64,000 nt of DNA from Bacteroidota bacterium. Lineage in GTDB: Bacteria > Bacteroidota > Bacteroidia > JACCXN01. A program made the translations under genes and the position numbers. The stretch lies in the NCBI GenBank assembly GCA_013696965.1, contig JACCXN010000083.1, forward strand, positions 30,363-94,362. The letters are read 5' to 3'. Under the pieces are notes generated by a model. That model worked only from the letters and a program-made list of their open reading frames with translations, did no database searches and was not told where the DNA came from. Below are positions 51,407-61,131 of this stretch, one piece after another (positions within the stretch are counted from its first letter, which is position 1; each line of letters starts with the position of its first letter).

Positions 51407-52798
51407 TTAATAACCAAGGATCTTAAGCATAGACTTGTAACTTTGCTCCTTGGCAAACAGACGAGTGTAAATTTCCCCGTTTTCATCCTTATCAATTAAA
51501 ATATGTTTTGGTGCTGGTATAAGGCAGTGCTTAATTCCACCATAACCGCTTAATGAATCCTGATAAGCTCCTGTATTGAAAAAACCAATGTATTGTGGCT
51601 TCTCTTTTTCAAATTTGGGTAAAAAAACAGAGTTAACGTGCGCCTCTGAGTTGTAGTAATCCAAACCATCGCAAGTAAGTCCTCCTAAATTTACACGTTG
51701 ATATTCATTTTCCCAATTGTTGATGGCCATTAAAATGAACCTCTGGTTTATACCCCAGGTGTCAGGTAAAGTAGTAATAAATGAACCGTCAATCATATTC
51801 CAAAGTTCAGTATCGTTTTGTTGTTTTTGATCAAGTATTGAGAAAAAAACAGCACCGCTTTCGCCCACAGTAAAGGAACCAAATTCAGAAAAAATATTTG
51901 GTTCTGCAACACCATTTTCAGTACAAAACTTCTTGGTTTGACTAATTATTTCTTCAACAATGTATTCATAATCAAAATCAAATCCTAAGGATGTTTTAAT
52001 GGGTAAGCCACCACCAATATTGAGGGTGTCCAGCGTAGGACAAATTTTCTTAAGGTCTACATAAACCTTCAAACATTTTGCAAGTTCACTCCAATAAAAT
52101 ATAGAATCTTTCATTCCTTTATTTATAAAGAAGTGAAGCATTTTAAGTTCGAAGTTTGGGTTTCCTTTAATTTCGTTTAAATAATAATCTTTAATGTCTT
52201 TGTATCTGATTCCCAGCCTGGAGGTGTAAAATTCAAAGCTTGGATCCTCCTCTGATGCTATTCGTATTCCTAATTTTACTTTATTTTTAGCATGTGCTTT
52301 GTAATATTCTATTTCCTCCTTATTATCAATTACAGGTATAACATTGGAAAAACCGTCATTTATAAGGTCTGTAATGTACTCCTTGTATAAATTATTTTTA
52401 AACCCATTACACACAATGAATTTATTTTGTTTGAGTTCGCCCTGTTCATGAAGCTCACGAATTATTTGTATATCAAAAGCAGAGGATGTTTCTAAATGTG
52501 CATCATTTTTAAGTACTTCTTCCAAAACAAATGAAAAATGTGAACTTTTTGTACAATAGCAATAGGTGTATGTTCCCTTATAATCCACTTTAGCCATGGC
52601 AACATTGAACAGCTTTTTTGCTTTTTGGATTTGTTGACCAATTTTTGGCAGATAGGTAATCTTTAAAGGAGTTCCATATTGTTTTATTACTCCCATTAAT
52701 GGAATGTCATGAAAGTATAATTCATTATCAACTACATTAAAGCTTTCTTGTGGGAAATCAAAAGTTTGTTGAAACAGGTCTATGTATTTATTCTTCAT
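51407..52798 (-). CDS. speA: Arginine decarboxylase (short Bacteroidota form, group IV PLP decarboxylase)
   Basis: PLP-lysine motif YCYCTKSSH; LETSS; GIR; MLHFF; LNIGGG; SEFG; TCDG.D.Y; GAYQ. Confidence 0.85.
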   Translation of the reverse strand: MKNKYIDLFQQTFDFPQESFNVVDNELYFHDIPLMGVIKQYGTPLKITYLPKIGQQIQKAKKLFNVAMAKVDYKGTYTYCYCTKSSHFSFVLEEVLKNDAHLETSSAFDIQIIRELHEQGELKQNKFIVCNGFKNNLYKEYITDLINDGFSNVIPVIDNKEEIEYYKAHAKNKVKLGIRIASEEDPSFEFYTSRLGIRYKDIKDYYLNEIKGNPNFELKMLHFFINKGMKDSIFYWSELAKCLKVYVDLKKICPTLDTLNIGGGLPIKTSLGFDFDYEYIVEEIISQTKKFCTENGVAEPNIFSEFGSFTVGESGAVFFSILDQKQQNDTELWNMIDGSFITTLPDTWGINQRFILMAINNWENEYQRVNLGGLTCDGLDYYNSEAHVNSVFLPKFEKEKPQYIGFFNTGAYQDSLSGYGGIKHCLIPAPKHILIDKDENGEIYTRLFAKEQSYKSMLKILGY

Positions 52799-53241
52799 TT
52801 TTTATTAGAATATAATCTATGTTAATTACATTATGATAATAAATGCAAAGTAAGTAACTTGGATTTACTTTTACAAACTAATTTAAAACGAAAAAATATT
52901 AGCAATGTTATTGATTTGCATTGCACTTAAAGTTAAACAAAAGCTAGTGCTTTTTTTATTTTTCAATATTCCTTTTGTCATCCAAATACAAGTTGTTTTA
53001 AAAGGACAATTAGTGAAAATGACCTGTTTTAATTCGAGCTGGAGGTAGTAATTCAATTTGATTTCTTTACTTTGCAAAAATATGCACCGGGCATTAAACC
53101 TTAAAAAGCATTATATTTAAAGCTAAAAAATCTTTTTCTTTATTTGAAAGAGGCATGCACAAACTGTTCACAATCAGGAATGAATATAACATAGTTATCC
53201 CAATAAATCGGGATGACAGTTAAAAAACAAATTATACACCT

Positions 53242-54186
53242 ATGAAAAAAGTAAAATTTATTGAAATAAAATCAGAAATAGGGGCAGGTACCAGAGGGGC
53301 AAGCCTTGGCGTAGATGCAATAAAAATTGCTGCACTGGATTACGGAAGTACACTTTTTAAGCAGATAGAGTCAGTAGAAGTGCCAAATGAAAACCATATG
53401 CTTTATGAAACTCCGGGAAGTCCTTATGCCAAAAGAATAAAGGGAATAATTAAAACATACGACAGACTTTCAACTCAGGTAGCTGAAACTTTAAAGAGTA
53501 ATCAGTTTCCACTTGTTTTAGCTGGTGATCACAGTACTGCGGGGGCAACTATTGCAGGCATTAAAATGGCTTACCCAAAACAGCGTCTGGGAGTTATCTG
53601 GATTGATGCCCATTCTGATTTGCACTCTCCCTATACAAGCCCTACCGGAAACATGCATGGTATGCCTTTGGCAATTTCATTTGCTGAAGATAATATTACC
53701 AATAAAATGAATAAGGTGGATAAGGAAACATCCGAACTTTGGAATAAATTGAAAAAAACGGGTGGCATATCTCCTAAAATAGAATATAAGGATTTGGTTT
53801 TTATTTGTGTAAGGGATATAGAGCCTGAGGAGTCTTATTTAATCAAAAAAAATAAAATCAAAACATTTACAACAGCAGAAGTCAGGAGAAACGGAGTGGA
53901 AAAAATTGCACGCGATACTTTGGCTCATCTTAGCAAATGTAATCTTATTTATATTTCCTTTGATGTGGATTGTATGGATTCTTCCATTTCAAAAGGAACA
54001 GGAACTCCCGTTAGAAATGGTATTACTGAAAAAGAAGCCGGTAGTTTATGCGTAAGGCTTATACAGAATGAAAAAGTTTGTTGCTTTGAAATATGCGAAG
54101 TGAATCCAACTTTAGATAAAGAAAATTTAATGGCGGAAAACACTTTTGAAATTCTTCAAAAAGTGGTAAGTCAGCTTGTTAGCTAA
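53242..54186 (+). CDS. rocF: Arginase
   Basis: GDHS, WIDAHSD, SPTGNMHGMP (arginase-type loop), SFDVD, GTGTPV..G, EVNP. Confidence 0.88.
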   Translation: MKKVKFIEIKSEIGAGTRGASLGVDAIKIAALDYGSTLFKQIESVEVPNENHMLYETPGSPYAKRIKGIIKTYDRLSTQVAETLKSNQFPLVLAGDHSTAGATIAGIKMAYPKQRLGVIWIDAHSDLHSPYTSPTGNMHGMPLAISFAEDNITNKMNKVDKETSELWNKLKKTGGISPKIEYKDLVFICVRDIEPEESYLIKKNKIKTFTTAEVRRNGVEKIARDTLAHLSKCNLIYISFDVDCMDSSISKGTGTPVRNGITEKEAGSLCVRLIQNEKVCCFEICEVNPTLDKENLMAENTFEILQKVVSQLVS

Positions 54187-54194
54187 TAAAGAGA

Positions 54195-55979
54195 GTGGTA
54201 ATGGAAAGGATTGAAAAACTCATCAGTAAGGCAATCTCAGAGGTAGTTAACTCTGTTTATAATATTCAAACGAAGGACTCGGAAGTGTTGCTACAAAAAA
54301 CCAGGAAGGAATTCCAGGGCGATTTTACTCTTGTTGTTTTTCCTTTTACACGTTTTTCTAAACTTTCACCTGAACTTACAGCAGCGCAAATAGGCGAATT
54401 GTTACAAAAAAAGCTTGAAGAAATAACTTCTTTTAATGTAGTTAAAGGTTTTTTAAATCTGCAAATAAGTGATTCATATTGGATTCGTTTTTTATCTGAT
54501 ACAAACCATAAAGGACTCGGCCTTGAACAAAAGGATTCCAAAGATACTATTGTTATTGAATATCCATCTCCAAACACAAATAAGCCGCTTCACTTAGGAC
54601 ATCTGAGAAATATTTTTTTAGGTAATTCAGTTACTGAAATTCTAAAGGCGAATGGCCATAAACTTATTCATACTTGTCTTTATAACGACAGGGGAACCAA
54701 TATTTCCAAATCAATGCTTGCATGGCAAATGTTTGGTCAGGGACAAACTCCTGAATCAAGAGGAATCAAGGGAGATAAATTTGTAGGTGAATTTTATGTA
54801 AAATTTTCGGATGCCTTAAAAAAGGAAATAAAAGAATTAATGGATTCGGGCTTAAGTGAGCAAGAGGCAATGAAAAAATCTAAACTAAATGCCCGGGTAA
54901 ATGAACTTACTGTGAAATGGGAACAAGGGGATAAAGAGGTGAGGGAATTATGGAAAAAAATGAATTCGTGGGTTTATCAGGGTATGGATCAAACATACCA
55001 AACACTGGGAATAAAGCCGGATAAAAATTATTATGAATCTGATGTTTACAACCTAGGCAGGGAAACCGTTAATGAAGGCTTATCTAAAGGGATTTTTTAT
55101 AAAAAAGAAGATGGTTCTGTTTGGATTGACCTTACCGAAGATGGACTTGATCATAAACTCGTTTTAAGGAGCAATGGAACCACAGTTTATATTACTCAGG
55201 ATATTGCCATTGCCAATGAAAAGGACAAGGACTTTAATGTTGATCGTTCTATTTATGTGGTAGGAAATGAACAGGAATATCATTTTAAGGTTTTATTTCT
55301 GATTTTGAAAAAGATGGGAAGAAAGTGGGCCGACAATCTTTACCATTTGTCTTATGGAATGGTGGAACTACCATCGGGGAAAATGAAATCAAGGGAAGGA
55401 ACGGTTGTAGATGCAGATGATTTGCTTGAAGAAATGGTTGATACTGCAAGGAAAACCACACAAGAGTTGGGCAAAATTGAAGGCTTTTCTAATCAGGAAG
55501 CTGAATATTTATATAAAACTATTGGATATGGAGCATTAAAATATTTTATCCTAAAAGTTGATCCAAAAAAGAAAATGCTTTTTAATCCTGAAGAGTCTAT
55601 TGATTTTAATGGTAACACCGGCCCTTTTATTCAATACACTTATGCCAGGATACAATCAATAGTAAGGAAAGCCGGAACAGCTGAATTTTTGTTTGAAAAC
55701 CTTCCCGATATTAACCAGAAGGAAAAGGATGTTGTTAAGTTAATTCATGATTATTCCTCCATTATTAGTGAAGCCGGAACTAATTACAGCCCTGCATTAA
55801 TTGCAAATTATGTATATGAGCTAGCTAAAACATACAATCAATTCTACCATGATAATCCTGTTTTGAAGGAAGAAAATATTAATTTAAAAATGTTTCGGTT
55901 GAATTTGTCTTTCACAGCAGGAAAACTGATCAAAGATTCAATGCATTTGCTGGGCATTGATGTTCCTGAAAGGATGTAA
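54195..55979 (+). CDS. argS: Arginyl-tRNA synthetase
   Basis: EYPSPNTNKPLHLGHLRN (HIGH), YVVGNEQ.YHF, KMKSREG, GPFIQYTYAR. Confidence 0.96.
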   Translation: MVMERIEKLISKAISEVVNSVYNIQTKDSEVLLQKTRKEFQGDFTLVVFPFTRFSKLSPELTAAQIGELLQKKLEEITSFNVVKGFLNLQISDSYWIRFLSDTNHKGLGLEQKDSKDTIVIEYPSPNTNKPLHLGHLRNIFLGNSVTEILKANGHKLIHTCLYNDRGTNISKSMLAWQMFGQGQTPESRGIKGDKFVGEFYVKFSDALKKEIKELMDSGLSEQEAMKKSKLNARVNELTVKWEQGDKEVRELWKKMNSWVYQGMDQTYQTLGIKPDKNYYESDVYNLGRETVNEGLSKGIFYKKEDGSVWIDLTEDGLDHKLVLRSNGTTVYITQDIAIANEKDKDFNVDRSIYVVGNEQEYHFKVLFLILKKMGRKWADNLYHLSYGMVELPSGKMKSREGTVVDADDLLEEMVDTARKTTQELGKIEGFSNQEAEYLYKTIGYGALKYFILKVDPKKKMLFNPEESIDFNGNTGPFIQYTYARIQSIVRKAGTAEFLFENLPDINQKEKDVVKLIHDYSSIISEAGTNYSPALIANYVYELAKTYNQFYHDNPVLKEENINLKMFRLNLSFTAGKLIKDSMHLLGIDVPERM

Positions 55980-56311
55980 TAAAAGCAGTTTATATTGGTT
56001 TTTATTTAAACACCCTTGTTCTAATAAATCAGAGTATGTTCAGTATTTGTGATTGCATAAGAAAAATTCTCATCGCTCTTTGAGTTAAATTTCACTATTC
56101 ATTTTTCTTAAAAACCGCAAAAAAACTGAGTGCGCTTTATAAATTTTGAATTCGGGTTAATAAAATATTTTTTGTAGATTGTTTTATTTTTAATTTAAAG
56201 GATTGGCATTAATTAAGCGCTTTAATCCTTAAAGCGGAAAAAATCGAAGCATTTTTTAACTTATTTTATATTTGTTTAAATTCATTGTAATAATGAATCA
56301 GCACATTTTAT

Positions 56312-56319
56312 TAACTTTG
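56312..56319 (+). promoter_or_regulatory. -7 promoter box for the ffh operon
   Basis: TAACTTTG 27 nt upstream of the ffh start. Confidence 0.6.
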
Positions 56320-56345
56320 TTTTTTTAGAAAAATCACTAAATGAT

Positions 56346-57680
56346 ATGTTTGAAAATTTAAGCGACAAACTCGAAAAAGCCTTTAAAATAGTTAAAGGCC
56401 AGGGGCAGATAACAGAAATAAACGTAGCCGAAACGGTTAAAGAAATAAGAAGAGCACTGCTTGACGCGGATGTTAATTATAAAATATCCAAGCAGTTTAC
56501 AGATTTAGTAAAGGAAAAAGCGCTTGGCCAAAATGTACTTACTTCTGTTTCTCCGGGTCAGTTAATGGTTAAAATCACCCATACTGAGCTGGTTAATTTA
56601 ATGGGTGGGCAAAAATCGGAACTGGATTTGAGCGGTTCCCCTTCTGTTATTTTAATGTCAGGATTACAGGGATCCGGTAAAACAACTTTTTCTGGTAAAC
56701 TTGCCAATTTCCTAAAAACCAAAAAGAACAAAAATCCTTTGCTTGTTGCATGTGACGTTTATCGTCCAGCAGCTATTGAGCAACTCCATGTGCTGGGAAC
56801 CCAGATAAATGTTGAGGTTTTTTCTGATAAGGAATCAAAAGATCCGGTTGCAATAGCACAAAAAGCAATTGCCTACGCAAAAGCCAATAAGCATGATGTA
56901 GTTATCATAGATACTGCTGGTAGATTGGCCGTGGATGAGGAGATGATGAAGGAGATAGAGCGGTTGAAAAAAACGATTAATCCACAGGAAGTACTTTTTG
57001 TTGTGGATTCTATGACCGGGCAAGATGCGGTAAATACGGCCAAAGCATTTAATGAGCGCATTAACTTTAATGGTGTTATTTTAACTAAACTTGATGGTGA
57101 TACCCGAGGTGGTGCTGCCCTTTCAATTACTTCGGTAGTTAACAAACCGATTAAGTTTGTTGGTACCGGGGAAAAAATGGAGGCCATCGATATTTTCTAT
57201 CCTGAAAGGATGGCTGATAGAATTCTTGGAATGGGTGATATTGTTACTCTTGTTGAAAGAGCACAGGATCAGTTTGATACTGAAGAGGCAAGGAAAATGT
57301 CAAAGAAAATCTCTAAAAACCAATTTGGTTTTAATGATTTTCTTGCTCAAATCAACCAAATCAAAAAAATGGGGAACTTGAAAGATTTGGCAAGCATGAT
57401 TCCAGGGGTTGGGAAAGCCATAAAGGATGTAGATATCGATGATGACGCATTTAAAGGGATTGAAGCAATTATTTATTCAATGACCAACCAGGAAAGAGAT
57501 AATCCTGATATAATCAATGGTAACAGGAAAAAAAGAATTGCCGATGGAAGCGGAACAAGCATTCAGGAAGTAAACCGTTTGATAAAGCAGTTTGATGATA
57601 CACGCAAGATGATGCGCATGATGACTGATAAAAACAAGATGGCCCAGATGATGAAGAATATGCCAAAGATGGGTAGATAA
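56346..57680 (+). CDS. ffh: Signal recognition particle protein Ffh
   Basis: GLQGSGKTT, DVYRPAA, DTAGR, TKLDG, RILGMGD; Met-rich M domain. Confidence 0.97.
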   Translation: MFENLSDKLEKAFKIVKGQGQITEINVAETVKEIRRALLDADVNYKISKQFTDLVKEKALGQNVLTSVSPGQLMVKITHTELVNLMGGQKSELDLSGSPSVILMSGLQGSGKTTFSGKLANFLKTKKNKNPLLVACDVYRPAAIEQLHVLGTQINVEVFSDKESKDPVAIAQKAIAYAKANKHDVVIIDTAGRLAVDEEMMKEIERLKKTINPQEVLFVVDSMTGQDAVNTAKAFNERINFNGVILTKLDGDTRGGAALSITSVVNKPIKFVGTGEKMEAIDIFYPERMADRILGMGDIVTLVERAQDQFDTEEARKMSKKISKNQFGFNDFLAQINQIKKMGNLKDLASMIPGVGKAIKDVDIDDDAFKGIEAIIYSMTNQERDNPDIINGNRKKRIADGSGTSIQEVNRLIKQFDDTRKMMRMMTDKNKMAQMMKNMPKMGR

Positions 57681-57689
57681 TAATATATT

Positions 57690-58367
57690 TTGAAAACAGC
57701 ACTCATAGCAGGACCCACAGGATTAACCGGAAAAAAATGTCTTGAGTATCTCCTGGAATCTGGCCAATATTCAATGGTTACAGTCTTAACCCGAAAGAAG
57801 CTGAACATCGAAAATAAAAAATTAGTTCAAATAATTACTGATTTTAATGACTTGCAAGAGTCCTTAAAACAAGTAAAAGTAAATGATGTTTATTGCTGTC
57901 TTGGAACAACAATGAAAAAGGCAGGATCAAAAGAAGCTTTTTTTAAAGTGGATTTTGATTACCCTTTACAAATTGCCTCTTTTTTAAAGCAAAATGGTGC
58001 GAGTACATTTAATCTTGTTTCTGCAATTGGAGCAAATAAAAATTCAACGATTTTTTACAGTAAAGTAAAAGGTGAAATTGAACAAGCACTAATTAAATTG
58101 CACTTTCCTAAATTGAATATTTTAAGGCCTTCCATATTGGATGGCGAAAGGAAAGAATCCAGGCCAGGAGAAAAGGCAGGATTAATTCTGTCAAAAATAG
58201 TGGCACCACTGATGATAGGGCCTTTGAAAAAATATAAACCAGTTAAAGCTTGCGCTGTGGCTTTTGCTCTAATTTATTTCTCAATAAATGCTCCTGAAGG
58301 AGTGAATATCATAGAATCAGACAAAATCAACTCAATATATAATAAAGAAAAATATGGAATTAATTGA
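57690..58367 (+). CDS. NAD(P)-binding oxidoreductase (YraR/HTATIP2-like)
   Basis: [19 protein letters not shown]...F.KVD..YP, Y.KVKGE.E, LRPSIL.G.R. Confidence 0.85.
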   Translation: MKTALIAGPTGLTGKKCLEYLLESGQYSMVTVLTRKKLNIENKKLVQIITDFNDLQESLKQVKVNDVYCCLGTTMKKAGSKEAFFKVDFDYPLQIASFLKQNGASTFNLVSAIGANKNSTIFYSKVKGEIEQALIKLHFPKLNILRPSILDGERKESRPGEKAGLILSKIVAPLMIGPLKKYKPVKACAVAFALIYFSINAPEGVNIIESDKINSIYNKEKYGIN

Positions 58368-59250
58368 CGGGAAAAAGATTTCTGCTGATATAAGGAGTGA
58401 ATTAGCCATTGAGGTTAATAAAATCAGAGAAGATGGAAAAAAAATCCCCCATCTTGCTGCTATACTAGTTGGTAATAATGGAGCAAGCGAAACATACGTG
58501 GCAGCAAAAGTGAAAGCATGTGAACAAACAGGTTTTATATCCTCTCTTTTCAGGTTTCCCGATACAATAAGTGAGAAAGAGCTATTGGTGAAAATTGAAG
58601 AAATAAATGCAGATAGGGATATTGATGGATTAATTGTACAGCTTCCCCTCCCAAAACATATAAATGAAGAAAAAGTTACCCTGAAAATTGCAGTTGAAAA
58701 AGATGTAGATGGATTTCATCCTGAAAATATCGGTAAAATAGTATTAAATCAATCAGCCTATATTCCTGCCACCCCTTATGGAATATTAAAGTTATTGGAA
58801 AGATACAATATACAAACCAGTGGTAAGAATTGTGTTGTTATTGGAAGAAGTAACATAGTTGGCTCACCCATGAGCATATTGATGTCCCGTAATAATTATC
58901 CCGGAAATTCAACGGTTACTTTATGCCATTCTAAAACCACCAATTTAAATTATTATACACTTAATGCTGATATAATAATAGTAGCACTTGGTAAACCCGG
59001 CTTTTTAAAAGCTGATATGGTAAAACAAGGCGCTGTGGTTATTGATGTAGGCATTACCCGAGTGGAATCCTATAAAACCAAAAGTGGTTATAAGTTATTA
59101 GGAGATGTTGATTTTGAAAACGTTGCTCCTAAATGTTCTTATATAACACCAGTTCCAGGTGGAGTAGGGCCTATGACTATTGCCGGTTTGCTACTGAATA
59201 CGCTTGATGCTTGTAATAATAAAGGGGATTTGAAACTGGTGAGTTCTTAA
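58354..59250 (+). CDS. folD: Bifunctional methylenetetrahydrofolate dehydrogenase/cyclohydrolase
   Basis: [56 protein letters not shown]. Confidence 0.96.
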   Translation: MELIDGKKISADIRSELAIEVNKIREDGKKIPHLAAILVGNNGASETYVAAKVKACEQTGFISSLFRFPDTISEKELLVKIEEINADRDIDGLIVQLPLPKHINEEKVTLKIAVEKDVDGFHPENIGKIVLNQSAYIPATPYGILKLLERYNIQTSGKNCVVIGRSNIVGSPMSILMSRNNYPGNSTVTLCHSKTTNLNYYTLNADIIIVALGKPGFLKADMVKQGAVVIDVGITRVESYKTKSGYKLLGDVDFENVAPKCSYITPVPGGVGPMTIAGLLLNTLDACNNKGDLKLVSS

Positions 59251-59426
59251 TTTAAAAAACCATAAACCATAGCGAAACCTAAACAGTTACTATTCCTGAA
59301 AAACTGTTTTAGTAAGGACTCCGTATTTAGCTTACTGTCAAATTTTTTGATAAAAAACCCATAAAAAACCCAAATAAGTTGCAATTCTGAAAAACTAGTT
59401 GGACATTTGCAATATTACGATATGTC

Positions 59427-60773
59427 ATGAAAAAAATATTACTTATAATTATATTATTGGCTTCTTTTTATGAAGCAACAGCTTGTCACGATGCTACACT
59501 TACCCAACTTTCGGCTGTAGACAATGGAAACAATACTTATACCTATCAGCTTCGGGTTTGCTTTGGAACGGGTGCCGGTTCGGAAACTTATGGTTTCTGG
59601 CTTAATTTTTCCGGGGGCAATCTAATAGGGTATCCATCAAGTGTCACAGGGCCTACTACCGGTAATGTAAAACCGGCCAGCGTACCTCCTGTTTCGGGAA
59701 CCGGCAAAATAGAATACGGGGACTGGGACAATACAGGAAGTACTCTCTTGTCTGGAGCCTTAAATACGGACTGTTTGACTCTTACGCTTACTTTTGATGC
59801 GCCTATTACAAGTGCAACTTTCGGTGGTATCCAACCCGGATTGTCTTGTGCTGCAAAAACTATTACTACTACCTCGTGTTTTGCAGGTTTTGCAAACTAT
59901 ACTGTTGCGATCCAATCGGATAATTGCGGGGGAAATATTTCCTTTAATTTTAAAAATGCTTCGGGAACTACTATTTTATCTCAAACCGGACTTTCTTCAA
60001 ACGGAACCTTGTATTCTTACAGTATATGTGCTGGGTGTGCCGAAACATTTACAATAAACGCTCCTGCAGTAACAACAGGACCTTCTCAATGCCCCGCAGG
60101 CTTATGTTGTGGAAACGGAAACGGGTATTATACAGTTTATGATGCTACGGGGGCTGTTATAGTTTCCTCCACTATGCAGGGACTTGCTACGCAAACAACA
60201 AATGTTTCTGTTTGTTTTGTGTTGCCCATTGAACTTATATCTTTTGATGCCAATGCCTTAGAAAATGAAATAGTGCTGGAATGGGTTACCGCAACAGAAG
60301 TTAACAATGATTATTTTACTATTGAAAGGTCTTCAAATGGTGTTGATTTTATAGAAATAGATAAGGTAGCAGGCGCTGGAAACAGCAGCGTTATAAAAAG
60401 CTACAAATACATAGACAGGCCTAATTCAAAGGGGATTTTCTATTATAGATTAACACAAACAGATTATGATAATACATCAATCATGACAGATATAGTTGCT
60501 GTTGAAGCAAAGAAAGTTTTTGGTAACAATAAGATTTATCCAAATCCTGCATCAGGTTCTATTAATTTTATAGTTGAGTCAATGATGGATGATCCCATTG
60601 GAGAGGTGGTTGTTTTGGATATTTCCGGAAAAGTTATGATTAGTGAGAAAATTATAATCAAAAAAGGAGTAAATGCTACTTCTTTAAATGTCACATCATT
60701 GCCTCCCGGCATTTATTTTACTTCTGTAAAACATAATGAGGAAGTAATTAAAGGCAGGTTTGTAAAGAATTAG
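59427..60773 (+). CDS. T9SS type A cargo with Cys-rich N-terminal domains
   Basis: Signal peptide; LPIELISF...W.TATE.NNDYF.IERS Ig-like module; CTD IYPNP...G.YF...GRFVK. Confidence 0.85.
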   Translation: MKKILLIIILLASFYEATACHDATLTQLSAVDNGNNTYTYQLRVCFGTGAGSETYGFWLNFSGGNLIGYPSSVTGPTTGNVKPASVPPVSGTGKIEYGDWDNTGSTLLSGALNTDCLTLTLTFDAPITSATFGGIQPGLSCAAKTITTTSCFAGFANYTVAIQSDNCGGNISFNFKNASGTTILSQTGLSSNGTLYSYSICAGCAETFTINAPAVTTGPSQCPAGLCCGNGNGYYTVYDATGAVIVSSTMQGLATQTTNVSVCFVLPIELISFDANALENEIVLEWVTATEVNNDYFTIERSSNGVDFIEIDKVAGAGNSSVIKSYKYIDRPNSKGIFYYRLTQTDYDNTSIMTDIVAVEAKKVFGNNKIYPNPASGSINFIVESMMDDPIGEVVVLDISGKVMISEKIIIKKGVNATSLNVTSLPPGIYFTSVKHNEEVIKGRFVKN

Positions 60774-60826
60774 ATCATTAAAATTTTGCGCTTTATAAAA
60801 CAAATTAGTTAAAATAAGGCCAATGT

Positions 60827-61033
60827 CTTCCTAAACATATTAATGAAGATAAAGGGAAAATAGCTGTGGAAAAGCATGTAGATGGGGTTCATCAGGAAAA
60901 TAATATTGGGACAACCAGCATACATACCTGCCACTCCTTTTGGAATATTGCAGCTTTGCTTTTAAATACTCTGGATGCAAGTAAGAAAAAAGGAAATTTA
61001 AAATCGGAAAATATTAATTCCAATAGAGATTAA
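60827..61033 (+). pseudogene. folD: Decayed second folD copy (two fused fragments)
   Basis: Translates to LPKHINEDK..KIAVEK.VDG.H.EN, then (shifted frame) QPAYIPATPFGIL, then [19 protein letters not shown], matching intact folD 58648-58788 and 59179-59238; no start codon. Confidence 0.85.
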
Positions 61034-61131
61034 TAGCTTAAAGAATTTATAAAAGCAAGTATAAGTTTGTTTAGTGAAACCTTGCTTTTAATTCTTCCTG
61101 TAAATCAAAATCAATTGTTCTCAGAATTTTT

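Noticed and set aside
53242-54186. Agmatinase call, suggested by proximity to speA
   Set aside because: The SPTGNMHGMP loop is the arginase-type signature.
55980-56345. Possible SRP RNA (ffs) in the 366-bp spacer upstream of ffh
   Set aside because: Very AT-rich, and no SRP domain IV motif (CAGG...GGAA...AGCAG) was found; only a weak TTAAAGGATT/AATCCTTAA inverted repeat.
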